DNA of 64,000 nucleotides from Clostridia bacterium. Its GTDB lineage: Bacteria > Bacillota > Clostridia > TANB77 > CAG-465. Below the pieces are notes generated by a model, which did no database searches, was not told where the DNA came from, and was given only the letters and a program-made list of their open reading frames with translations. Made by a program: the position numbers and the translations under genes. The stretch spans positions 67,817-131,816 of the forward strand of contig JAQUGQ010000001.1 of the NCBI GenBank assembly GCA_028684095.1, given 5' to 3'. Below, piece by piece: positions 38,509-47,492 of the stretch (positions are counted from its first letter, which is position 1; the number at the start of each line of letters is the position of its first letter).

Positions 38509-38544
38509 CAAATTTACCACCCCAAATTAAAAATCTCACAATAT

Positions 38545-38558
38545 ATGTACTAGTACAT
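38545..38558. promoter_or_regulatory. perfect 14-bp palindrome ATGTACTAGTACAT in the dac promoter region
   Basis: It lies within the 17-nt spacer of a minus-strand TTGCAA...TATATT promoter-like pair, 40-50 nt upstream of the dac start. A diverged copy (ATGTACTAATACAT) is at 39836-39849. Confidence 0.4.
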
Positions 38559-38637
38559 TATATTGCAAGACTTTTAATTTATGATTACAAAAGTAATCAA
38601 CTAGACAAAATGTCATCTTTAATTTTTTAACATCACT

Positions 38638-39498
38638 TTAATTATCTAGATACTTTAATACAAATTTAGATGCTTTTTCTAGTTTTAGTAGTATTTCTTT
38701 GTAATTACCAGAATTAATATCATCCGAAGTCACAAACTTCAAATTAAATAAATCTTTAAATACTATGCTATATCCTCTTAAAAATATATTATTACGATGT
38801 ACAGCATTAACAAATTCTTGAATTGATTTCAAAGAAAGTTTGTCATTAGATTTAATCTTATTCAAATCCCCACCTTTGTAATTTTGATGTAATATTTTAA
38901 CTAATTCTTGAAGAATGAGGTTTTGTAATTTAAGAATATCACTTTTTATTTCTATGATATCATAGGGCCCATACTTCTTTTGTGTTACTTCATCAAACTC
39001 CTCAAACTTCACATTTTTTTGAAATTCTTCCAAAGAAAACAATTCTTTTGATACTTTCTTTAACTCTATATTCATCCTTTCTAAAAATGTTTTTTTACCA
39101 TTATAATATTTATTTGAAGACAATACTGTTACAATTGCTTTTCTTACATCTTCAAATAAATACTTCTCCCAATACATATTGTAATTTTTTTCATATGCAG
39201 TTACTATGGCAGTCATTATATTATAAACAATGTGATTTTGAACTTGTTTAGAGCCTAACAATTCCATAACATAATTATACTCTCTAACAAATACTTTAGG
39301 TGAAAATTTTACATTTTCTATATCAATACGTTTAGCCCTTACAAATATAAAATCCTTGTAGTATATTTCTTGACTTTTTCCACATTTAATACAATATGCC
39401 TTAAAAAATACATCGTAGACATCTGTCGTCCTTTCTTTTAATAGTAAAATATTTCCAGTATTCCGATCTAAACTATTTTCAGAACAATTACATTCCAT
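38638..39498 (-). CDS. hypothetical protein with an N-terminal Cys-rich (zinc-ribbon-like) motif, paralog A
   Basis: 286 aa. MECNCSENSLDRNTGNILLL...CIKCGKSQEIY. GGAGG SD. It contains an in-frame CGG (39465-39463) at the conserved 'LDR'. Confidence 0.6.
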   Translation of the reverse strand: MECNCSENSLDRNTGNILLLKERTTDVYDVFFKAYCIKCGKSQEIYYKDFIFVRAKRIDIENVKFSPKVFVREYNYVMELLGSKQVQNHIVYNIMTAIVTAYEKNYNMYWEKYLFEDVRKAIVTVLSSNKYYNGKKTFLERMNIELKKVSKELFSLEEFQKNVKFEEFDEVTQKKYGPYDIIEIKSDILKLQNLILQELVKILHQNYKGGDLNKIKSNDKLSLKSIQEFVNAVHRNNIFLRGYSIVFKDLFNLKFVTSDDINSGNYKEILLKLEKASKFVLKYLDN

Positions 39499-39883
39499 AT
39501 TAATTCCTCCTAAAAATTACTTTTCAACATCGAGACCTCGCTTATAAAATTTTAAAAAGCTAAAAGATTTTTATTATGTAATATTATAACATGTATAATG
39601 TAAGATGTAAAGAGTAAATGTATTAATTTTCTTTTATTATGTTAATTAACATCTCTTTATGATATAATATTATAAGATTTAAGCTAGGACAAATTATACC
39701 ATGTATAATCCATATTTGTAATTTTTTATAATTATAGAATAAATGTATAAAATTATTTGTGCCAGAATTTGATAACTCTAAAGCTTTAAATACTTTCATC
39801 TAGTTTATCACTTCAAAGAAAAAATCTCACAATATATGTACTAATACATTATATTACAAGATTTTTATTTTTTTAGCATCACT

Positions 39884-40819
39884 TTAATTATCTAGATACC
39901 TTGATATAAACTCATTTACTTCTCTCAATTTTTCTAGTTTTTCTTTGTAATTCAAAGCATTAATGTCCTTTGAATTACAAAATTCAAAATCAAATATCTC
40001 TTTGAACACTATGCTATATCCTTTTAAAAATATATTATCACGACATCCATCATTAACAAATTTCTGAATTGATTTAAGAGAAATTTTACCCTTAATTTTT
40101 AATTCAGAATAATTTTTAAATTTGTAGTTTTGACATAATATTTTTACCATTTTCTGAAGAATAAGTTTCTGTAAATAAAAAATGTTACTTCTAATTTCTT
40201 GCCCCGTTCTTAAATATATCTTTTTTTGCAAGTATTTTTCATAATTACTTGTTTCTCTGATGCATTTAATTTGTACGACACCTGCTGGCCCATACTTCTT
40301 CTGTGATTCCTGATCAAAATCTTCAGATTTCCTATTTTTCAGAAATTCTTCTAAGAAAAAAGTTTCTTTAACCGTTATTTTTAACTCTTTTTTCATGGCT
40401 GCTAGGAATGCTTTACTACAATTATCGTATTTCTTCAAAGATAATACCTTAACAATTGCTTGTCTTACATTTTCAAACAAATAATCTTCCCAATACATAT
40501 AGTAATTGTTTCTATATGCATCTATTATGGCAACCATTATATCATAGATATTATCATCTTGTATTTGTGATGAACCTTTCAATTGCATAACATACTTATA
40601 TTCTTCCACAAATACTTTATAGGGAAAATTCGTACTTATTACACTGATTTTCTTAGCAGGCACATCACTTAATTCCCTATTATATATTTCTTCGCTGCAT
40701 CCACATTTAATACAACTCACAAAAATATAATAATCATATGTATAGGTTTTTCCTTCACCTAATAATAGAATATTACCTCTACCCCGATCTAAACAATTTT
40801 GAGAACAACTACATTCCAT
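39884..40819 (-). CDS. hypothetical protein with an N-terminal Cys-rich (zinc-ribbon-like) motif, paralog B
   Basis: 311 aa. MECSCSQNCLDRGRGNILLL...CIKCGCSEEIY. It is collinear with paralog A apart from an insertion of about 25 aa. In-frame CGG at 40786-40784. Confidence 0.6.
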   Translation of the reverse strand: MECSCSQNCLDRGRGNILLLGEGKTYTYDYYIFVSCIKCGCSEEIYNRELSDVPAKKISVISTNFPYKVFVEEYKYVMQLKGSSQIQDDNIYDIMVAIIDAYRNNYYMYWEDYLFENVRQAIVKVLSLKKYDNCSKAFLAAMKKELKITVKETFFLEEFLKNRKSEDFDQESQKKYGPAGVVQIKCIRETSNYEKYLQKKIYLRTGQEIRSNIFYLQKLILQKMVKILCQNYKFKNYSELKIKGKISLKSIQKFVNDGCRDNIFLKGYSIVFKEIFDFEFCNSKDINALNYKEKLEKLREVNEFISRYLDN

Positions 40820-40904
40820 ACCAATTCCTCCTAAAAATTATTTTCAGCATTGGACCCCTTACTTATAAAATTTTAAAAAGCTAAAATATACATTATTATG
40901 CTTT

Positions 40905-40933
40905 ATTATACCATAATAATGTATATGTGTCAA
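40905..40933 (-). promoter_or_regulatory. consensus sigma-A-type promoter for paralog B
   Basis: On the minus strand, TTGACA (40933-40928), a 17-nt spacer, then TATAAT (40910-40905). It directly abuts the stop of the upstream gene. Confidence 0.55.
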
Positions 40934-43057
40934 TTATTTTAAATACATTACTACCCTAAATCCAACATTATTATAACAATACCCATCATTATCAGCTAAA
41001 GCACGATAGCTTGCTGGCCCATAAATTCCATTTCCATTATAATCTATAGAACGATAATAAGATTGATTTGAATTTAATGAATTGATTTCATTACTCCATT
41101 CAGCTAAATTACCAGCTAAATCATAAATGTTCTTTGATTTCCAATTTTCATTAGAACCAGATAATTTTAAATTACCAAGTTTATAATTATCAGTATTAGC
41201 AGGAAAAGTTGAATTATTATAATTTCCCCAAGATATACTATTATGTACATCTACATTACTAACTTCTAACCATCTCATCATAGTATCCCACTGAGTTCCT
41301 GTAACAAGTCCAGTTGCAATTGATGTACTATATTTATATTTTTGTGACATTTCTTCTGAATATTTTTTTGCATCAGAGTATTTTATAAAATTCCACAAAT
41401 ATCCATTATGTTCTTGATCTTTAATATTTTTCCAATCTAAGGTTTGTATGCAATTTGTGCTTGGTTTACTCGATACTCTTATATCACCATTATTATAATC
41501 AAAAGCTGATTCATAACGTGCAATATAAAAGCCACCATATTTTTTAATTTGATCAGCCTCACTTATTCCAGATGGTAAACTGTCATTTATAGTATTGTTA
41601 TATAATTCTCCTGATTTACACCATTTTTTATAAGATACTAATGTACCATCAAGACTTTGATCATAATCGCCATCTAATTTAACACCAGCATTTACTGGTA
41701 TCCAAACAAATTGATTACCATTTACATCTTTAATAACCAATCCATCATCTATTACATTTTCACCATTAACATTTGATACAGTAAATTCCTGAGGTATTGG
41801 TGCTTCATCTCTATTTGCATCTACGTATACATATCCACCACTTGGTGCAGTTATTATATTCTGCACCCTTTGAGTTGTAATATACTGTTTGTATTCCTTA
41901 TCATATTGATCTCCTATGCCATCTTTCAATGGATCATAATAATGTAGATATGAAAAGGATACTATTTTTTCAGCATATAATGCAGAAATTGTAAGTTGTG
42001 ATATATATCTTGATAAAGAAGCTGAGATATAATTCTCTTCTTCTTTATAGAAATTCTCTGCATTTATCCAAAATTTAACATTTTGATTTTCATTTACTGC
42101 AAGTTTTATTGCTTTTATATATTCTACTACTTTCTGAACTGAGTATGTAGAAGTGCCCAATCCATCTTGAAGACATAAAATATCTCCTAATCTAAAATGA
42201 GTTTTTCTCATTATATTAGTCCATTGCTCTTGTACTCTTTGAACACTTGCATTTTCTGATATACTTATAAATGGTGAAATCATTAATGGTAATGTTGCAT
42301 CAAGAGTAGTAAAATGATCTAAATTTATATTCATCATATATGACCAATTATCTTCATAATTATTTGAAGTAGTATACATTTCCCATGGCCAATACCATCC
42401 TGAAAATGCATTCGGATATTTTGCTTTATAATTATTATATATTTCATCAGCTATAGTATTAGTAAGATTTGCATTGTTTGTGCACCAAGTTTTATTAGTA
42501 AATTCATTATTCCACCAATCATTACCTAAACCAAGTCCTATAAATACTTTCATATTATTATTTTCAGCAGCTTCTAGTAAATTACCTAACATATTTTTAG
42601 TAACTTCATAATCACTTTGACTAAAGCTAGAATCTAAATTATCCACATTGTTTACAAGAGTACTTTCATATCCTAAATATTTTATTTTACTATTTTTAAA
42701 TTCGGAAGTCCATTGCAATATAACAGTATTTATACCTGCTCTCTTTAATATTTTAAGATGATTACTCCATTCATTAATTGTAAATCTATCGCAATACCAA
42801 GGTTGTACAATATCTCCAGATATAACAGGCTCAGATATACCTTTCCCAATGTATAAATCTAATTTTGCAGTATTTGCTACTTCAATAAGTTCCTTTTCTC
42901 TTTCAGTTATACTATTTTCTTTAACCGCTGGATTTGTTCTAGAAATAATACCGTTATTACCCATCAGTGTTATTATTACAGCACTAGCTATTATAATTAT
43001 GATAACTATTGTTATTATTAACACTAGTAAAAAAAATTTTTTTCTTCCATTAATCAT
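40934..43057 (-). CDS. membrane-anchored two-domain protein: glycoside-hydrolase-like (DUF4434-like) domain plus FGE-sulfatase/SUMF1-type domain
   Basis: The start is set at ATG 43057 (GGAGG SD). N-terminus MINGRKKFFLLVLIITIVIIIIIASAVIITLMGNNG. The middle region 'FTINEWSNHLKILKRAGINTVILQWT..' is TIM-barrel-like. The C-terminal ~260 aa are collinear with the 43436/44872 paralogs (GNQFVWIPV, GGFYIARYES, TGTQWDTMMRW, NIYDLAGNLAEWS, GFRVV). Confidence 0.65.
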   Translation of the reverse strand: MINGRKKFFLLVLIITIVIIIIIASAVIITLMGNNGIISRTNPAVKENSITEREKELIEVANTAKLDLYIGKGISEPVISGDIVQPWYCDRFTINEWSNHLKILKRAGINTVILQWTSEFKNSKIKYLGYESTLVNNVDNLDSSFSQSDYEVTKNMLGNLLEAAENNNMKVFIGLGLGNDWWNNEFTNKTWCTNNANLTNTIADEIYNNYKAKYPNAFSGWYWPWEMYTTSNNYEDNWSYMMNINLDHFTTLDATLPLMISPFISISENASVQRVQEQWTNIMRKTHFRLGDILCLQDGLGTSTYSVQKVVEYIKAIKLAVNENQNVKFWINAENFYKEEENYISASLSRYISQLTISALYAEKIVSFSYLHYYDPLKDGIGDQYDKEYKQYITTQRVQNIITAPSGGYVYVDANRDEAPIPQEFTVSNVNGENVIDDGLVIKDVNGNQFVWIPVNAGVKLDGDYDQSLDGTLVSYKKWCKSGELYNNTINDSLPSGISEADQIKKYGGFYIARYESAFDYNNGDIRVSSKPSTNCIQTLDWKNIKDQEHNGYLWNFIKYSDAKKYSEEMSQKYKYSTSIATGLVTGTQWDTMMRWLEVSNVDVHNSISWGNYNNSTFPANTDNYKLGNLKLSGSNENWKSKNIYDLAGNLAEWSNEINSLNSNQSYYRSIDYNGNGIYGPASYRALADNDGYCYNNVGFRVVMYLK

Positions 43058-43167
43058 TTTTAAAACCTCCAACATATATAGTAAAATTCTAGCATATTGA
43101 TAAATTTTAATCAAGAGATTTTTAGATTTTTTTGTTAATTATTGTATTTTTTCAATATTAGAAATAA

Positions 43168-43201
43168 AAAATTGTACTAATTAAAAAATCAGTACAATTT
43201 T
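43168..43201 (-). terminator. hairpin downstream of 43436-44716
   Basis: Stem aaaattgtact/agtacaatttt with a 12-nt loop. Confidence 0.4.
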
Positions 43202-43435
43202 AGTTATTTCTAACAAATTCTAGTTTTTTAGACACCAACTATTGACATTGAGCTGTGAAAAACAGTTATGTAGCCTAAATATCTACAATTCAAATTTTTC
43301 ACCCTATCAGGGTACAGAAAGCTATACTAATTTTAAAACCCGTTCATTTGTTAATTTATCTTATTTTTATAATATTTATTTATATCTTAATTTTCTTGTT
43401 TTGTACCTTTTCTAATATAGTTTCAATAGTCAGTG

Positions 43436-44716
43436 CTACAATATATAAAGTGATGTACGGAACGAGAGGTCATAGCTGGCATTATTGGCATAGTTATTGT
43501 AACGACAAGCAGCTGAATCAGTGATACCACTTTGGCAGTAACTACCTCCACGATAGACACAGTAAGAACTATATATTTCATTTGTCCATTCCCATGTATT
43601 TCCTGCCAAATCGTATATGTTTTTGGCTTTCCAATTTTCACTAAATCCTGATATTTGTAATGTTCCATTTCCGACATTTGCTGGAGATGTTGAATTAATG
43701 TGATTACCCCATATTCTACTATCTGTTACACTTGGTCCTGAATTATTACTAATCCATCTCATTGCTGTATCCCACTGTGTTCCAGTCATTAGATTTGTTC
43801 CTACTTTTGATGTATCGTATCCATAACTTGTATCCATGTTTTCTGCATATGATTTTGCATCTGTATAGTCTACAAAATTCCACACATATCCGTCATATGT
43901 TGCATTTCTTGTTGATGACCAATCTATTAAGTTTGTCTTATTTGTACTAACTTTACTTGCTACTCTTATGTTTCCTCCATTATAATCAAACATTGCTTCA
44001 TATCTTGCTATATAAAATCCACCGTAAGAATTTATTTGATTTATTTCAATCATTCCTGATGGTAATGTGTCATCTGTTGTATCTGCATATGTAGATCCTG
44101 TTGTACACCATTTTATATATGTTACATCTGTTCCATCTACTGGTACCCATACAAACTGATTACCACTTACATCTTCTATTACTATTCCTTCATTCCAATC
44201 TGTTGGCCATACTTTTCCATCATTTATTGCTTTAAATCCTGTTGGCACAATTGGATTTTGATATGTTGCAGCTTTTCCATTTACTGTTGTGTTTTCTACT
44301 GCTATTACATTTACTCCTAATATACTTGTTATTCCAATTTCTGTAAGATAATCCTTTTCTATTTGATTTGTACCTACATATACTAATTTACTTTTTTGTA
44401 TTTCAAATTTCGCCCCATCCACTTCGGACATACTTGTTATATATTCCTTTATTGTTCCATCACCAGTACCAGTACCATCCCATACATCTACATAAAATGT
44501 TGCTGAATCAAAAGAATTATCTTTTAAATATTCATTTGTTATAGCCATTGCAAGTTCTGAATTATATCCCGCTACATTTGATTTAAACGTTGCTTCATTT
44601 GCTGATTCTATTGGATTGTTATTTGCTAAACTTAATATTACTGCTCCCGCTAATATTATTATAACTATTATTGTTATAACTAATACAATTAATGATATAC
44701 CTTTTTTTCTTTTCAC
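43436..44716 (-). CDS. pilin-like N-terminal anchor fused to an FGE-sulfatase/SUMF1-type domain (tandem copy 1)
   Basis: 426 aa. MKRKKGISLIVLVITIIVIIILAGAVILSLANNNP..., 'NIYDLAGNTWEWTNE'. The first 125 aa are identical to copy 2. The C-terminal end has diverged and lacks the terminal GFR motif. Confidence 0.7.
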   Translation of the reverse strand: MKRKKGISLIVLVITIIVIIILAGAVILSLANNNPIESANEATFKSNVAGYNSELAMAITNEYLKDNSFDSATFYVDVWDGTGTGDGTIKEYITSMSEVDGAKFEIQKSKLVYVGTNQIEKDYLTEIGITSILGVNVIAVENTTVNGKAATYQNPIVPTGFKAINDGKVWPTDWNEGIVIEDVSGNQFVWVPVDGTDVTYIKWCTTGSTYADTTDDTLPSGMIEINQINSYGGFYIARYEAMFDYNGGNIRVASKVSTNKTNLIDWSSTRNATYDGYVWNFVDYTDAKSYAENMDTSYGYDTSKVGTNLMTGTQWDTAMRWISNNSGPSVTDSRIWGNHINSTSPANVGNGTLQISGFSENWKAKNIYDLAGNTWEWTNEIYSSYCVYRGGSYCQSGITDSAACRYNNYANNASYDLSFRTSLYIL

Positions 44717-44871
44717 TTAAAATACCCCCATTTTTATTTTGAATGAATATTATTATTATAAATAAATTAATTAACATTTTAATTATATTATATATAATTT
44801 TTTTGTCAATGATTTTTATATCTTAATTTTCTTGTTTTGTGCCTTTTGTAATATAGTTTCAATGGTCAGTG

Positions 44872-46155
44872 CTACAATACATAAAGCCCTACACGAAAAC
44901 CTACACCGTAGTAGTTGGCATCAGTAATATGGTTGTTTTCACGACAAGCAGCTGGGTAAGTACTACCACTATAGTGGTAGTAGCCTCCACGATTGACACG
45001 GTAAGAACTATAGATTTCATTTGTCCATTCCCATATATTTCCTGATAAATCATATATATTTTTAGCTTTCCAATTTTCACTAAATCCTGATACTTGTATA
45101 CTTCCATATCCTGATACATTAGCTGGGTCTATTGAATTATTATAATTTCCCCATGTTCTACTATCTGTTACACTTATACTTGCATTTTGTATCCATTTCA
45201 TTGCTGTATCCCACTGTGTTCCTGTTACAAGTCCACTTTTAACTTTTAATGCATCATAACTATAGCTTGCTGCCATATTTTCAGAATATGATTTAGCATC
45301 TATATAATTAATATAATTCCATAAATATCCGTTATATGTTGCATTTCTTGTTGATGACCAATCTGTTAAATCTGTCTTATTTGTACTAACTTTACTTGCT
45401 ACTCTTATGTTTCCTCCATTATAATCAAACATTGATTCATACCTTGCTATATAAAATCCACCGTAAGAATTTATTTGATTTATTTCAATCATTCCTGATG
45501 GTAATGTGTCATCTGTTGTATCTGCATATGTAGATCCTGTTGTACACCATTTTGTATATGTTACATTTGTTCCATCTACTGGTACCCATACAAACTGATT
45601 ACCACTTACATCTTCTATTACTAGTCCTTCATTCCAATTTGTTGGCCATACTGTTCCATCATTTATTGCTTTAAATCCTGTTGGCACGATTGGATTTTGA
45701 TATGTTGCAGCTTTTCCATTTACTGTTGTGTTTTCTACTGCTATTACATTTACTCCTAATATAATTGTTATTCCCATTTCTGTAAGATAATCCTTTTCTA
45801 TTTGATTTGTACCTACATATACTAATTTACTTTTTTGTATTTCAAATTTCGCCCCATCCACTTCAGACATACTTGTTATATATTCCTTTATTGTTCCATC
45901 ACCAGTACCAGTACCATCCCATACATCTACATAAAATGTTGCTGAATCAAAAGAATTATCTTTTAAATATTCATTTGTTATAGCCATTGCAAGTTCTGAA
46001 TTATATCCCGCTACATTTGATTTAAACGTTGCTTCATTTGCTGATTCTATTGGATTGTTATTTGCTAAACTTAATATTACTGCTCCCGCTAATATTATTA
46101 TAACTATTATTGTTATAACTAATACAATTAATGATATACCTTTTTTTCTTTTCAC
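44872..46155 (-). CDS. pilin-like N-terminal anchor fused to an FGE-sulfatase/SUMF1-type domain (tandem copy 2)
   Basis: 427 aa with the same N-terminus as copy 1. 'NIYDLSGNIWEWTNE' and a terminal 'GVGFRVGLYVL'. Confidence 0.7.
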   Translation of the reverse strand: MKRKKGISLIVLVITIIVIIILAGAVILSLANNNPIESANEATFKSNVAGYNSELAMAITNEYLKDNSFDSATFYVDVWDGTGTGDGTIKEYITSMSEVDGAKFEIQKSKLVYVGTNQIEKDYLTEMGITIILGVNVIAVENTTVNGKAATYQNPIVPTGFKAINDGTVWPTNWNEGLVIEDVSGNQFVWVPVDGTNVTYTKWCTTGSTYADTTDDTLPSGMIEINQINSYGGFYIARYESMFDYNGGNIRVASKVSTNKTDLTDWSSTRNATYNGYLWNYINYIDAKSYSENMAASYSYDALKVKSGLVTGTQWDTAMKWIQNASISVTDSRTWGNYNNSIDPANVSGYGSIQVSGFSENWKAKNIYDLSGNIWEWTNEIYSSYRVNRGGYYHYSGSTYPAACRENNHITDANYYGVGFRVGLYVL

Positions 46156-46362
46156 TTAAAATACCCCCATTTTTATTTTGAATGAATATTATTATTATAA
46201 ATAAATTAATTAACATTTTAATTATATTATATATAATTTTTTTGTCAATGATTTTTATATAAAATATATACTAATAATTAAATTATTGTATTTTATTTAA
46301 AATATTTAAAAGCATATAACAATATGTTTTTTGAACCGAGCATTTATCCTTTGTTTTATCTT

Positions 46363-47463
46363 TTATATGAATCTACTTTTATTATCTTTTAAACATATAT
46401 CTAATACTTCAAATTGTTTTTTTGAATCTTCTATTTGATTAGTAATATCAAATTTGTAATTCAAATCTTGTTCAGTAAATTCATTTATGTCAAAATTTGA
46501 TAACTCTTCAAACTTTAGATACTTTCCTTTAAATCCTATATCATTTATAACATTCAATGTTTTTCTGCTATATATCAATGGAATTACAGTTTTACCATAT
46601 AACAGCCCAAGTATCATAGCATGAAATCTTGCAGCTATAACAATTTTACAACTTGCAATAACATTAAGTGCTTCCTGTATATTTCCATCATACCTATATA
46701 CTTCAACTTTATCCTTGCCTTCCACTAAATTTAATATACTATTTATTGCTTCTTCATCACCTTCAAAACTACAAAATGACATCAAAGTAACTTTATAACC
46801 ATTACTTAAAAAATACTCTATTATACGTCTCATTTTGTTTTCGTATACTTCCTTATATTTATCTAATCCTTCTCTAATTGATAAATCTATTATAGAGATA
46901 ACAACTTTTCTATCTTCGATTATTTTAACACCACTTGTATCCATTGAAAAAACTATATCTGATGCATATCTAACATTTTTTAAATCTTTAAAAAGATTGT
47001 ATGAATACTCTTCTCTAAAACATACATCTTTAGCATTTTTAAATATATCTTTATGTATATTACGATATTCTTCACTTATATATGGTCCAAAGTTAGATCC
47101 TAATATATAGTACTCATTTTTAATATGTAAAAACCTATCAGATAATCTTTTTTTACATGTTTCAATATCTGCATTTTCCATAAACATAGAACCACCAATT
47201 AAAATCATTGCATCACAAGACTTTGATATTATATTATTACAATTTATTTTTGGCATATTTAAATTATATGAAATTTTATTTATTTCTTTTACAATAAGTG
47301 GGTTTACTAATTTCAAATTACTTAAGTTAAAACATTCTTGACTATATTTAGTTCTAGCACATAAATAAAATTTAGTGTTTTTATATCTATTAGCTAATAT
47401 GTAAATAAATAAATCATCTCCTAAGTTTTTCTTAGCATATGCAATTATTAGTGCTTTTTTCAT
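46363..47463 (-). CDS. polysaccharide pyruvyl transferase family protein
   Basis: 366 aa. The N-terminal 'ALIIAYAKKNLGDDLF' and the overall layout resemble the CsaB/WcaK-type pyruvyl transferase family. Confidence 0.55.
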   Translation of the reverse strand: MKKALIIAYAKKNLGDDLFIYILANRYKNTKFYLCARTKYSQECFNLSNLKLVNPLIVKEINKISYNLNMPKINCNNIISKSCDAMILIGGSMFMENADIETCKKRLSDRFLHIKNEYYILGSNFGPYISEEYRNIHKDIFKNAKDVCFREEYSYNLFKDLKNVRYASDIVFSMDTSGVKIIEDRKVVISIIDLSIREGLDKYKEVYENKMRRIIEYFLSNGYKVTLMSFCSFEGDEEAINSILNLVEGKDKVEVYRYDGNIQEALNVIASCKIVIAARFHAMILGLLYGKTVIPLIYSRKTLNVINDIGFKGKYLKFEELSNFDINEFTEQDLNYKFDITNQIEDSKKQFEVLDICLKDNKSRFI

Positions 47464-47492
47464 TATACCATTCTCCTATTATCTGTTTACTA

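Larger units (their letters stand above)
38494..40933. repeat. diverged tandem segmental duplication (~1.3 kb unit)
   Basis: Unit 1 is about 38494-39784 and unit 2 about 39785-40933. They share the paralogous CDS, its 5' UTR (..ttataaaattttaaaaagctaaaa..) and its 3' flank. That flank includes a relic of the dac 5' end (tttaaatactttcatc at 38494-38509 and 39785-39800) and the palindrome-bearing dac promoter. Confidence 0.6.
43381..46258. repeat. tandem duplication, two units of ~1436 bp
   Basis: Gene starts and stops are offset by 1436-1439 bp. The upstream regions 44717-44820 and 46156-46259 appear identical by eye. The 3' flanks (43381-43445 versus 44817-44881) are near-identical. Confidence 0.85.

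Noticed and set aside
43423-43677. Same-strand alternative-frame ORFs 43423-43677 and 44901-45119 inside the SUMF1-family genes, and 14364-14675 and 15219-15440 inside the T4CP-like gene and secA
   Set aside because: They sit inside longer ORFs with recognisable domain motifs and have no independent SD. They are treated as chance open frames.
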